From Candidatus Latescibacterota bacterium (GTDB taxonomy: Bacteria > Latescibacterota > CBDEFO01): 64,000 nt of DNA. The DNA lies in contig OZ252149.1 of NCBI GenBank assembly GCA_965248755.1, positions 3,872,001-3,936,000 of the forward strand. The letters run 5' to 3'. Every line of letters begins with the position of its first letter. The stretch's first letter is position 1. The position numbers and the translations under genes are program-made. The notes under the pieces were generated by a model. It was given only the letters and a program-made list of their open reading frames with translations. It was not told where the DNA came from and ran no database searches. This document shows positions 9,230 through 18,087 of the stretch, piece after piece.

Positions 9230-11026
9230 ATGTCAGAGGAAAAATCTCCAGAAACATTCACAAAAGAAGAGGAAGAGATACTTAGGCCCTACGTTACCAA
9301 TCTTCATGAACCGATCTTCGCTCTGACAAACGCACTTCCTCAGGTGGTGGCCGGAGCGGGATTCTCCAGGTACAGCAGATCCAGAAAAAGTTTAAGGAGG
9401 GTTCTTTTAGATGAATTCCTCAAAGACGCTCAGCTCGGAATCAGAAATATAAGAGACTTCATCGTTGACGTCACTAGAAGGCTTGATCCGGCAAAGACGA
9501 TAGACTCCTCGACTGCGCTCCAGATAGCCATTGGAGTCTATAAGCAGGTACTCGACCCGACAGAGTCCATCAGAAGTGGTCAAGAGTTCTACGCAAGGGT
9601 CCTGGAACAATATGGAGACGAATCCGTAAACGAACTTATGGGCGCTCACATAGCCTTTGAAGGTGTCTCCAACATCGTCACGAAAATCCTTGAGGACCCC
9701 CGTCTGCTCTCACCTTTGGAAAAGTCCACAAGATACGTCATCTTCGAGGCTGACAGCTTCTATAAAGAACCGCAGCTTATGGCGTCGTCGGAGCACCGTG
9801 GACTGTACGAAAGCACAAATAGACTCCTCTTGAGCACGTACAGTGACCTTCTAGATCCCCTGCGGGAGTTCCTCAGAGGGAAGAGCCCCCGAGGAGAGTT
9901 TCCCTTCCAGATCGAAAGGGACTCCGAACCCCTGAAGATCAAGGACATAAAGGATGAGACAGTCCTCCAACAGGCTATTAGCGCTTATAACCGCACCATC
10001 AGGGGCAAGTACTGCGACATTTTGCGCTATCTGCTTCCCGGCTCAACGCTCACCAACGTCGGCGTCTTTGCCAACGGCAGATCTCACGAACACCTTATAA
10101 CCGAACTTTTCGCCAACGAACTTTTCGAATCCCACTGCATTGCCGAATCCTACCTTGATGAAATAAGCAAGGTCATTCCCGCCGCAGTGGAGCGCGTCAA
10201 TAAAAGACACGGGAAGATGGCGATAGAATTTATGAAAAACAGAAGATCTGCAAGGGCGAAGTTAGCCGCAGAGCTTGAGTTAGGGTCCGTAGAAGATAGC
10301 GATCCTGTCACATTGATCAGATGCACCGATAGACAGACCGCAGAAGTTGCTGTAGTTACAGCACTCCTCTACGAAGATCGCAATGAGCCCTGGGAGCAGA
10401 TCGAAGGTTATGTCCAAAAGATGGGCCAGGAAGAAAGACGAAGGGCCATAAAGCAGGTACTATCGAGTCGAACAAATTACCGCCATAAACCACCGAGAGC
10501 TTTTGAATTTACAGACTACGTATTTGAACTGCTTGCAGATTACGGAGCGTATCGAGATCTACAAAGACACAGAATGCTCACACAGGAACGCCAGTTTCTT
10601 ACACCACTGCACGGCTACGACACGCCGGAGGAACTCTTGGAGGCAGACGAAGCTATGCCCGAAGTGAAATTCAAGGAACGCTTCGACCGCTCTATGGAAA
10701 AAAGCGCACAAGCGGCGCAGACAATAGCCGTAGATTTCCCCTTGGAATCTCAGTACGTGGTAGCCTTCGGGTACAGGATACGATGGGTGGTGAAGATGCA
10801 CTTAAGGGAGGCATATCATCTTTGCGAGCTCAGAAGCGGTAGGGCGGGACATCGTTCTTACAGGAGGTTGGCCCAGAAGATCGCCGCGAAAATTGGGGAG
10901 GTCCATCCCATCCTGGCAGAACACATGATAATAGACTGGGAGGAATACGACTACGAAAGATACTCTGCCGAAGTGAGAACTGCTCAGAAGATACTCGCAA
11001 GAGAGGCAGCAGACAGCAAACAGTAG
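9230..11026 (+). CDS. thyX: FAD-dependent thymidylate synthase, tandem-domain ThyX
   Basis: SRYSRS, EKSTRY, DLQRHR and ELRS motifs; about 600 aa, i.e. two Thy1 domains. Confidence 0.85.
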   Translation: MSEEKSPETFTKEEEEILRPYVTNLHEPIFALTNALPQVVAGAGFSRYSRSRKSLRRVLLDEFLKDAQLGIRNIRDFIVDVTRRLDPAKTIDSSTALQIAIGVYKQVLDPTESIRSGQEFYARVLEQYGDESVNELMGAHIAFEGVSNIVTKILEDPRLLSPLEKSTRYVIFEADSFYKEPQLMASSEHRGLYESTNRLLLSTYSDLLDPLREFLRGKSPRGEFPFQIERDSEPLKIKDIKDETVLQQAISAYNRTIRGKYCDILRYLLPGSTLTNVGVFANGRSHEHLITELFANELFESHCIAESYLDEISKVIPAAVERVNKRHGKMAIEFMKNRRSARAKLAAELELGSVEDSDPVTLIRCTDRQTAEVAVVTALLYEDRNEPWEQIEGYVQKMGQEERRRAIKQVLSSRTNYRHKPPRAFEFTDYVFELLADYGAYRDLQRHRMLTQERQFLTPLHGYDTPEELLEADEAMPEVKFKERFDRSMEKSAQAAQTIAVDFPLESQYVVAFGYRIRWVVKMHLREAYHLCELRSGRAGHRSYRRLAQKIAAKIGEVHPILAEHMIIDWEEYDYERYSAEVRTAQKILAREAADSKQ

Positions 11027-11192
11027 CGCCCGATTGAATCTATCGGGGGTAGACAGGATATTGTCTACTATCCCTTGAGGTTGCTTCGGAGCGTTGCTGC
11101 CACCCCTTTTTTGCAGGGGGCACGAAGTTCCAACAATCCACGAAGTGGCGAGGTGGGCGAAGCAATCTCGTAGTCAGCAGGAGAATACCATC

Positions 11193-11927
11193 ATGAAAGG
11201 CGTAGTCTTAGCGGGAGGCACAGGTTCGAGGCTTTATTCTTTAAGCAAGATCACCAATAAACATCTTCTTCCCGTCTATGACAAGCCCATGATATTCTAT
11301 CCCATTCAGACGCTTGTGAACGCAGGGATAGAGGAGATCATGATAGTCACCGGAGGCGAAAGCGCGGGCGATTTCCTCAGGCTCTTGGGAAACGGCGCCG
11401 AGTTCGGACTCAAGCATTTAGATTACACCTATCAGGAAGGAGCCGGAGGCATAGCCCAGGCTGTCTCCTTAACAGAGCACTTTGCCGAGGGAGGTAAGTT
11501 AGTGTTAATGTTAGGGGACAATGTAATACAGGGTAACATAATAAAGGCTGTGGAGAGCTTCAGAAGGCAAGAGGAAGGGGCCAAGATACTACTTGCCGAG
11601 GTCGAAAATCCAGAAAGCTACGGAGTTCCCGAATTCCAAAACGGCACTGTAGTTCAAATTGAAGAAAAGCCCAAAGTCCCTAAGAGCCAATACGCAGTCA
11701 CAGGTATGTATATGTACGACAATAAAGTCTTCCATATTATAGGGGACCTCAAGCCCTCGCAAAGGGGAGAATTGGAGATAACCGACGTGAACAACGCCTA
11801 CATAGGGATGGGTCAGATGACTTACGAGATAATGGAGGGATGGTGGGGAGACGCGGGGGAATCCATAGATGCCCTTTTGAAGGTGAACAACCTTGTGGCA
11901 AGAGACGGGGCTAATAACATCGAGTAG
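11193..11927 (+). CDS. Glucose-1-phosphate thymidylyltransferase (RmlA/SpsI-like)
   Basis: LAGGTGSRL, KHLLPVYDKPMI, EEKP, RGELEITD; SD AGGAG. Confidence 0.92.
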   Translation: MKGVVLAGGTGSRLYSLSKITNKHLLPVYDKPMIFYPIQTLVNAGIEEIMIVTGGESAGDFLRLLGNGAEFGLKHLDYTYQEGAGGIAQAVSLTEHFAEGGKLVLMLGDNVIQGNIIKAVESFRRQEEGAKILLAEVENPESYGVPEFQNGTVVQIEEKPKVPKSQYAVTGMYMYDNKVFHIIGDLKPSQRGELEITDVNNAYIGMGQMTYEIMEGWWGDAGESIDALLKVNNLVARDGANNIE

Positions 11928-11970
11928 ACAGTAGTCAGTAGACAGTATACAGGGAAAGGCGAAAGGCAGT

Positions 11971-12030
11971 CGGGGCAGACCCATGTGTCTGCCCCGAAAA
12001 TAATGTAGGGGCGAGGTTACCTCGCCCTAC
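11971..12030. repeat. Pair of REP-like hairpins (GGGGCAGAC..GTCTGCCCC; GTAGGGGCGAGG..CCTCGCCCTAC)
   Basis: Related copies near 4892, 14559, 20823, 24535, 25370-25430, 32770-32830, 33878-34012 and 60342. Confidence 0.75.
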
Positions 12031-12053
12031 TGTACTTACAACGGAGGTTTTGT

Positions 12054-12374
12054 ATGTACATTAACTTGGACGAACTTGAGGTCAAAGAGGTCTTTCAAGG
12101 TATAAAGATACGGCCCGTTGGGGGGGAGAAGCCTATGCTCTCTTTTGTGGATATCGAAGAGGGTTCTGAAGTTACAAAGCACAGCCACCCGCATGAACAG
12201 GGAGGCATAGTCCTCTTCGGGGCATTAGAATTCACTATCGGCGCGGAGACAAAGGTTTTAAGGGAAGGGGATTCATATATTATTCCTCCCAACGTGCCAC
12301 ACAGTGTAAAGGTAGTAGAGGGTCCGGCTAGAGCGCTGGACATATTCAGCCCGCCGAGGGAGGACTATCTATGA
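12054..12374 (+). CDS. Cupin domain protein
   Basis: HSHPHEQ...IPPNVPH...DIFSPPREDY; SD GGAGG. Confidence 0.92.
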   Translation: MYINLDELEVKEVFQGIKIRPVGGEKPMLSFVDIEEGSEVTKHSHPHEQGGIVLFGALEFTIGAETKVLREGDSYIIPPNVPHSVKVVEGPARALDIFSPPREDYL

Positions 12375-12625
12375 ATCAGTAGACAGGGGGAGGCAAAAGT
12401 AAGCAGATGGTAGCCAGTAGACAGGGAAAAGTTATGAAATGGATTCATCTACTTGGAACAATTTTGTCAGACATATCCTGCTTGCGCCTTCAACGTCGCC
12501 GAAAATTCCTCTCGCTTGGGGTGATTAAGTATCTTCTCATCTAAAGCCGTCGGCCGCCTATAGGTTTGTAAGGATACGTACCTCTCGTATCTGTACCTAA
12601 AAGTGCATGAGGTAGTGCCTTCAAG

Positions 12626-12982
12626 TCAATCTCCCGCGCGCCATGGGTAGAAGTTACCTTCCAGACGAAAATATCTGTCCAGTTGTGGGCTGTTTACTAT
12701 CCCTTTGAGATATTCCACCGCTCTTTTCGTAACGTCTTCACCTGGAGCTTGAGGTGTACCCACGTGCTCAGGCTGTATGACTCCCTCAATTCCCTTCTTT
12801 TTCAGCATCGGCAGGATCTTATCTAACTCGACCGGTCCCTCCCCTAAAAAATACTCCACATCGGACTCCCACGTCCTAAATAATGTCCCGCGTTTCCGGC
12901 GATGGACCCAGCGCCCATAGTGAAGTGAGATACACTCCCAGCCTGCGGCAGCACTCGATTGATTGCCTTGATGCAGATACAA
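12626..12982 (-). pseudogene. Probable C-terminal fragment of a TIM-barrel isomerase/dehydratase
   Basis: FLGEGPVELDKIL...GIEGVIQPEH resembles the family C-terminus; no credible N-terminus. Confidence 0.4.
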
Positions 12983-12997
12983 TTCCGATGGCGATAT

Positions 12998-13246
12998 TTA
13001 TTTTCGCCTCTCTTTTAGCCTCTTTAGGAGGATCTTCTCGCTGACTCGGTAGACAAACACCTCTTCCCCATCTATCTCGACTACAGGAATTCTTTCTTTG
13101 TAGCTGTCGTAAAGATCGCTATCTACCGAAATGTCAATCTCCTCAAGATCGAAGGGTATCAGACTTCGTACGCGTTCTATGCGTTCTTTGGCTATATCAC
13201 ACAGATGACAATCAGGCTTTGAAAGAATCCTTACTTTTATCCCCAA
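12998..13246 (-). CDS. Glutaredoxin-like protein (DUF836)
   Basis: SKPDCHLC and ERIPVV motifs. Confidence 0.88.
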   Translation of the reverse strand: MGIKVRILSKPDCHLCDIAKERIERVRSLIPFDLEEIDISVDSDLYDSYKERIPVVEIDGEEVFVYRVSEKILLKRLKERRK

Positions 13247-13356
13247 AGAGTTCTTCTCTCCCTAACATTTTCTGGGCCAACCCGAGTGTTCGCTCGATTC
13301 ATCCCTTTTTCAGGGCCGACCCGTAGCTCTTCCGCTACTATCAGAGGCTAGATCGA

Positions 13357-14526
13357 TCAATTAAGATTTGATGAGGCGGCGCCAGGTCCGGCTCCCTCCG
13401 GGACCTTATATCCTTGCTTTTTAAGGGCATCTTCAAGGGCACATAGGAAGTATAAGACGTTCTTAGGATCAGATGTGTAGCCCATCAACCCGACTCTCCA
13501 GCTTTTCCCTTTAAGCTCTCCGAGTCCGCCTCCTATCTCCAGGTTGTACTCGTTTAGCAAAAAGCTTCGCACCACAGCGTCGTCCACGCCGTCCGGTATC
13601 CTTACGGTATTTAAGGTCGGGAGGCGATAACTTTCTTCGACCAGCATGCGGAGTCCCATAGCCTCTAATCCTCTTACCAGAGCCTTGTGATTTCTGATAT
13701 GCCGTGCAAACCTATTTTCCAGACCTTCCTCCTCTATCAGAATCAAGGCTTCTCTGAGAGCGTAGTTTAGGGAGATAGGCGCAGTGTGGTGATAGACTCT
13801 CTCCTCTGTCCAGTATTTTTCGAGCCAGGTCATATCTAAGTAGAGGGTCTGGACTTTGGATTTTCGGGACTTAATCGCGTTCATAGCCCTATCGTTAAAC
13901 GTCACAGGCGATAAGCCCGGAGGACATCCCACACACTTTTGCGTCCCGCTGTAAGCTGCATCTATACCCAATTCATCTATTTTCAATTCGCATCCTCCTA
14001 AAGACGTAACAGTATCTACCACAAGGAGGGCACCGTTATCTTTGGCTATTTGGGATATTTCTCCCAGTGGCTGAAGCACCCCTGTGGAAGTCTCAGCGTG
14101 AACAATAGCTATCAGCTTGGCACCGCTTCCTTGTGCTGCCCCTTTCACATCTTGAGGATCTATCGGCTTTCCCCATTCCTGCTCTACAACGATAGGCTCT
14201 GCGCCGCACCTCTTGGTTATGTCTAACATCCTGCCGCCGAAGTAGCCCTTTATGCAGATTACGGCCCTATCCCCCGCTTCCAAAAGATTGCAAAGGCAGG
14301 TCTCCATTCCCGCCGATCCAGTTCCGGATATGGAGATCGTCATCTGGTTCTCTGTCTGAAAGACATGTCTTAGGAGCTCCTGAATATCGTTCATCACTTC
14401 TAAGTAGTCGGGGTCAAGATGGCCCACGATAGGAGCTATCATAGCCTGAAACACTCTCGGATGGATGTTGCTGGGACCGGGGCCCATAAGCGTTCTTTCG
14501 TGCGGATTCAACTTGGCGTAAGTCAT
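13357..14526 (-). CDS. Alanine/serine-glyoxylate aminotransferase (class V PLP)
   Basis: GPGPS, VHAETSTG, SGTQK (PLP Lys), YHHT; SD GGAGGAG. Confidence 0.93.
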   Translation of the reverse strand: MTYAKLNPHERTLMGPGPSNIHPRVFQAMIAPIVGHLDPDYLEVMNDIQELLRHVFQTENQMTISISGTGSAGMETCLCNLLEAGDRAVICIKGYFGGRMLDITKRCGAEPIVVEQEWGKPIDPQDVKGAAQGSGAKLIAIVHAETSTGVLQPLGEISQIAKDNGALLVVDTVTSLGGCELKIDELGIDAAYSGTQKCVGCPPGLSPVTFNDRAMNAIKSRKSKVQTLYLDMTWLEKYWTEERVYHHTAPISLNYALREALILIEEEGLENRFARHIRNHKALVRGLEAMGLRMLVEESYRLPTLNTVRIPDGVDDAVVRSFLLNEYNLEIGGGLGELKGKSWRVGLMGYTSDPKNVLYFLCALEDALKKQGYKVPEGAGPGAASSNLN

Positions 14527-14622
14527 TACGGAACTCCTCCGAATCAAGCAAACAGTAGTGTGGGCGAGGTACCTTCTCCCCTACATTCTGTTCAGCCCCG
14601 ATGATTCAATCGGGGGCTACTT

Positions 14623-15957
14623 TTAGTAAAGCCCGAGATAGTTGTCTATCTCCCACTGACTGATCGAGAGATGATACTGCTCCCACTCTTTGCGCTTAAC
14701 TTGGATGTAGTAGTCGGCATACTCACGGCCAAGGGCGCTTTTGACTACCTCGTCTTTTTCCAGACAGTCGAGGGCTTCGCCCAGCATAGACGGCAAGAAA
14801 TCGATACCGCGCTCAGATAGTTCGTTTTCGTCTACTTCGTAGAGATTGTCATCGTTGCGCTCTCCTGGGTCGATTTTGTTTTCGATGCCATCCATCCCGG
14901 CAGCAAGCAGCACTGCGCAGGCAAGATAGGGATTTGCCGCGCCGTCGCCCACACGGCTTTCGATGCGCCCTGGCCCGGGGATGCGAATCATCTGTGTCCG
15001 GTTGCTCCCGCCATAGGTGACATAGACTGGTGCCCAGGTTGCCCCACTTCTTGGCGCGCCGCGAATAAGCCGCTTGTAGCTGTTGGTGAGGGGATTGGTG
15101 ACGGCCGTAAGTGCTTTGGCGTGACGTAGCACTCCACCCGTAAACCAATAGGCAAGCTCGGACAGCCCGTTTTCATCTTTCTCATCTAGAAAGAGGTTAG
15201 TCTGGTTCTTCTCATCCCATAGACTCATGTGAAAATGCGCCCCGTTGCCCGTCAGATTTGCAAAGGGCTTGGGCATAAAGGTTGCTAAAAGCCCGTTCGC
15301 TTCGGCAACGGTCTTGACCATCCATTTGAAGAAGGTATGCTGGTCTGCTGTGGTAAGCGCATCCTTAAAGACCCAGTTAAGCTCAAACTGGCAATTGGCA
15401 TCCTCGTGGTCGTTGGCGTAGGGAGCCCACCCTAATTCCTGCATGTATTTTAAGAGAGTCGTCATCACATCAAGATTGCGATGCAGGGCCCTCATATCGT
15501 AGCACGGTTTGCCTAATGTGTCGAGCGGATCCCACGGCATGTAGGCATCGTGTTCATTTTTTTTCAACAGCATAAACTCCGCCTCGACGCCCAAGTTAAA
15601 GGTATAGCCTTTATCCCTTGCCTTTTTCAGCATAGACCGCAATATGGTGCGCGGACAGTAGTGCCACTCATTTTCATCCACATGCACATTTCCCGCCACC
15701 CAGGCGATATTTTTTCTCCACGGCACGATTGTAAGCGAATTGAAGTCGGGGATACTCGCCATGTCCGGATCGTGCGGGCCCTGACCGATTTCCCCAGCCG
15801 CAAACCCCGCAAATCCAGCGCCTTCGGATGCCATGTCTTCGAGATATTCAGCCGGCACAACCTTTGCCTTTGGCGCTCCGCTCATCTCCACAAAACTGCA
15901 GAGGAAAAACTCGATACCCTTTTCCACCACCAGCGCCTTTACTTGATCTAATGTCAT
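14623..15957 (-). CDS. gmaS: Gamma-glutamylmethylamide synthetase / GlnT-type glutamate-ammonia ligase
   Basis: GAGFAGFA, DHEDANCQFE and SGATWAP motifs typical of GlnT/GmaS; clustered with mgs and sox genes. Confidence 0.88.
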   Translation of the reverse strand: MTLDQVKALVVEKGIEFFLCSFVEMSGAPKAKVVPAEYLEDMASEGAGFAGFAAGEIGQGPHDPDMASIPDFNSLTIVPWRKNIAWVAGNVHVDENEWHYCPRTILRSMLKKARDKGYTFNLGVEAEFMLLKKNEHDAYMPWDPLDTLGKPCYDMRALHRNLDVMTTLLKYMQELGWAPYANDHEDANCQFELNWVFKDALTTADQHTFFKWMVKTVAEANGLLATFMPKPFANLTGNGAHFHMSLWDEKNQTNLFLDEKDENGLSELAYWFTGGVLRHAKALTAVTNPLTNSYKRLIRGAPRSGATWAPVYVTYGGSNRTQMIRIPGPGRIESRVGDGAANPYLACAVLLAAGMDGIENKIDPGERNDDNLYEVDENELSERGIDFLPSMLGEALDCLEKDEVVKSALGREYADYYIQVKRKEWEQYHLSISQWEIDNYLGLY

Positions 15958-15994
15958 AACAAATTTTCCTCCTTTCTACTTGTCTACTGCCTAC

Positions 15995-16078
15995 GAGATT
16001 GCTTCGCTTCGCTCGCAATGAAGCAGAAGGTATCCGCAATGACGTTGCTTAGCTTGGTCCTTTAGTCATTGCGAGGAG
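15995..16078. repeat. GAGATTGCTTCG...CGCAATGAC repeat family copy
   Basis: Related copies at about 11079-11169, 21191-21235, 21781-21834 and 38953-39012. Confidence 0.7.
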
Positions 16079-16128
16079 ATGAACCTCCCAAAGCTATCTC
16101 ACCTCTCCACTGTTTGTTGTCTACGTGT

Positions 16129-17343
16129 TCAGTGTGAGACCGCCGCTGCCGCCCTTTCTCCGACGAGCCGATCCTCTTCAAAGCGCGACAGTGCAAACGG
16201 TTCAATCAGTTGGGGAGTCTTTTTAGTGGCGATCAACTCCGCTAAGCACTTGCCCGCAATAGGGCCAGCCTTGAAGCCGTACGTGCCCCATCCAACGTCC
16301 AGGTAGAAGCCATCAAGTTCCTCCACCTTCCCTATTATAGGCGCAAAGTCGGGTGTCATATCGCAGATTCCCGCCCACTGTCTCATCACATTCACACTTT
16401 GAAGATGTGGGAAGAGGTCGAGCGTGTAGGTCGCCATCTTCTCGAGCGTGGGAAGTGTGCCCCTCATTCTGTAGGACTGATAGGGGTCGATCTCCGAACC
16501 GATGACGATTTCGCCTCGGTCGGTCTGATTGACATAAACGTGCAGGTTCGCAGATACGATCACCTTGTCCAGAAAGGGTTTCAGGGGTTCGGTTACACAG
16601 GCTTGCAGCGGCTTCGAAACGATGGGAACCTGAATATCTACCATCTTGCATATCGTGCTTGCCCATCCCGCTGTACAGTTCGTGACAGCTTTAGTTGAAA
16701 TCTCACCGCGATTAGTAACAACGCTCGTTGCCTTTTTCCCGTCGCGCTTGATGCCGACGGCCTCCGTAAATGTGTGAATATGCACACCCATTCGGTCGCA
16801 CTCCCGGGCGTATCCCCAGACGACAGCGTCATGGCGGATGATGCCCCCTGGCGGATGATAGAGCGCGGCCAGTATCGGATAGCGCGGGGATTTGCTTATA
16901 TCGATGTGAGGAACGAGCCTTTTTATCTCATCGGGGTAGATAATTCGGCTGTCCACGCCGAGCAGTTGATTCGCCCCGGCGCGCACTCTCAGTCCGTTGA
17001 CGGTGGAATCCGTGTGCCCGAGCGTCAGATGTCCGCACTGATTGAGCAAGACGTTCCAACCCAAGGTCTTTGACATCTCTTCGTAGAGCTTGAGCGACTC
17101 TGTGTAAAATGAGATGCCTTCAGGTGTGCGGTAGTTGGCCCGGACAATAGCGGTATTGCGTCCGCTGCTGCCGGTGCCGAGATAGCCTCTCTCCAGGATA
17201 GCGATATTAGTAATGCCGTGCTCTACCCCCAGATAGTAGGCTGTCGCAAGGCCGTGAACGCCAGCACCGATGATGACGACGTCGTAGCTCTTCTTCAGGT
17301 CGTGCCTACCCCACATTCGTCTTTTTCGAAATAGCTGGAGCAT
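16129..17343 (-). CDS. soxB: Sarcosine oxidase beta-like subunit (N-methylglutamate dehydrogenase MgdA-like)
   Basis: GAGVHG FAD motif, SGRNT, GWGTYGFKA, C-terminal AAAVSH. Confidence 0.92.
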   Translation of the reverse strand: MLQLFRKRRMWGRHDLKKSYDVVIIGAGVHGLATAYYLGVEHGITNIAILERGYLGTGSSGRNTAIVRANYRTPEGISFYTESLKLYEEMSKTLGWNVLLNQCGHLTLGHTDSTVNGLRVRAGANQLLGVDSRIIYPDEIKRLVPHIDISKSPRYPILAALYHPPGGIIRHDAVVWGYARECDRMGVHIHTFTEAVGIKRDGKKATSVVTNRGEISTKAVTNCTAGWASTICKMVDIQVPIVSKPLQACVTEPLKPFLDKVIVSANLHVYVNQTDRGEIVIGSEIDPYQSYRMRGTLPTLEKMATYTLDLFPHLQSVNVMRQWAGICDMTPDFAPIIGKVEELDGFYLDVGWGTYGFKAGPIAGKCLAELIATKKTPQLIEPFALSRFEEDRLVGERAAAAVSH

Positions 17344-17442
17344 GACTACTATTGCCTTCCTTGGGACAGATGGCGGCGCTTCCGCTTTGATAGCGAGATA
17401 GCAAGCCCCGATAGTGGTCAGGCACGAATGTCTGACCTACTC

Positions 17443-18087
17443 TTAGCTTTCTATCTGACTTTTGGCCTTAAGTCCAAAAGCTACAATACTGAACTCATCC
17501 CCCGCGTGCATCAGGGCGTCCCAGCTGTATTCGCCGTACTCCCGTCCAATAAGGAGCCGATACGCGGGAAGATCGCCCACGTCCCTGCGCAGGACGATTG
17601 CGTGTGCCTCTGCCAGACTAGTCTGGCCACAGGAGAGGTTCGGCATCGCACCCTCGGAGATATCCAACGCTGTCAGCTTGTTAAGTACGTCTCGACTCTT
17701 CGGTCCCGCTAAATGCAACGCGCAATAGACGGACGTCACATCAGTAATATGCACGCAATCTCCGCCTGCGCTTTGGATCTCTTGCGTTGAGTTATCAATG
17801 TCCGATGGCTCACAGGTTACTAGAATATGACCTCTGGCCAGCAACCAGACGGAGGCGTTATCTATCTTCCATTCTCCGTCTCTTAAATCGTTCCCCTTTA
17901 CGTCCAACTTTCCCATCCAACTCATATCTGCCAGCCCCACGCCCTCTCGGACGCTCTGGGCCTCCTCTTCCGAAGAAGTGAAATGCTCCGCCACCTGCCA
18001 ACCGTGGTAGTCGCCCATCTTCGCGCCGAGCGCCACGTGTCTGCGATGGAGAGCTGTGCGTTTGATGGGTCTAAAAGTCGCTGCCAT
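17443..18087 (-). CDS. soxG: Sarcosine oxidase gamma-like / GcvT-fold subunit
   Basis: GcvT N-terminal fold (GLADMSWMGKLDVKG, LAGPKSRDVL); overlaps the soxA stop. Confidence 0.8.
   Translation of the reverse strand: MAATFRPIKRTALHRRHVALGAKMGDYHGWQVAEHFTSSEEEAQSVREGVGLADMSWMGKLDVKGNDLRDGEWKIDNASVWLLARGHILVTCEPSDIDNSTQEIQSAGGDCVHITDVTSVYCALHLAGPKSRDVLNKLTALDISEGAMPNLSCGQTSLAEAHAIVLRRDVGDLPAYRLLIGREYGEYSWDALMHAGDEFSIVAFGLKAKSQIES

Noticed and set aside
12455..12625. Possible additional gene remnant on the minus strand (YRYERYVSLQTYRRP...)
   Set aside because: Too short, with no start or recognisable family.
14623..15957. Housekeeping glutamine synthetase glnA
   Set aside because: Motifs and the mgs/sox context fit GlnT/GmaS better.
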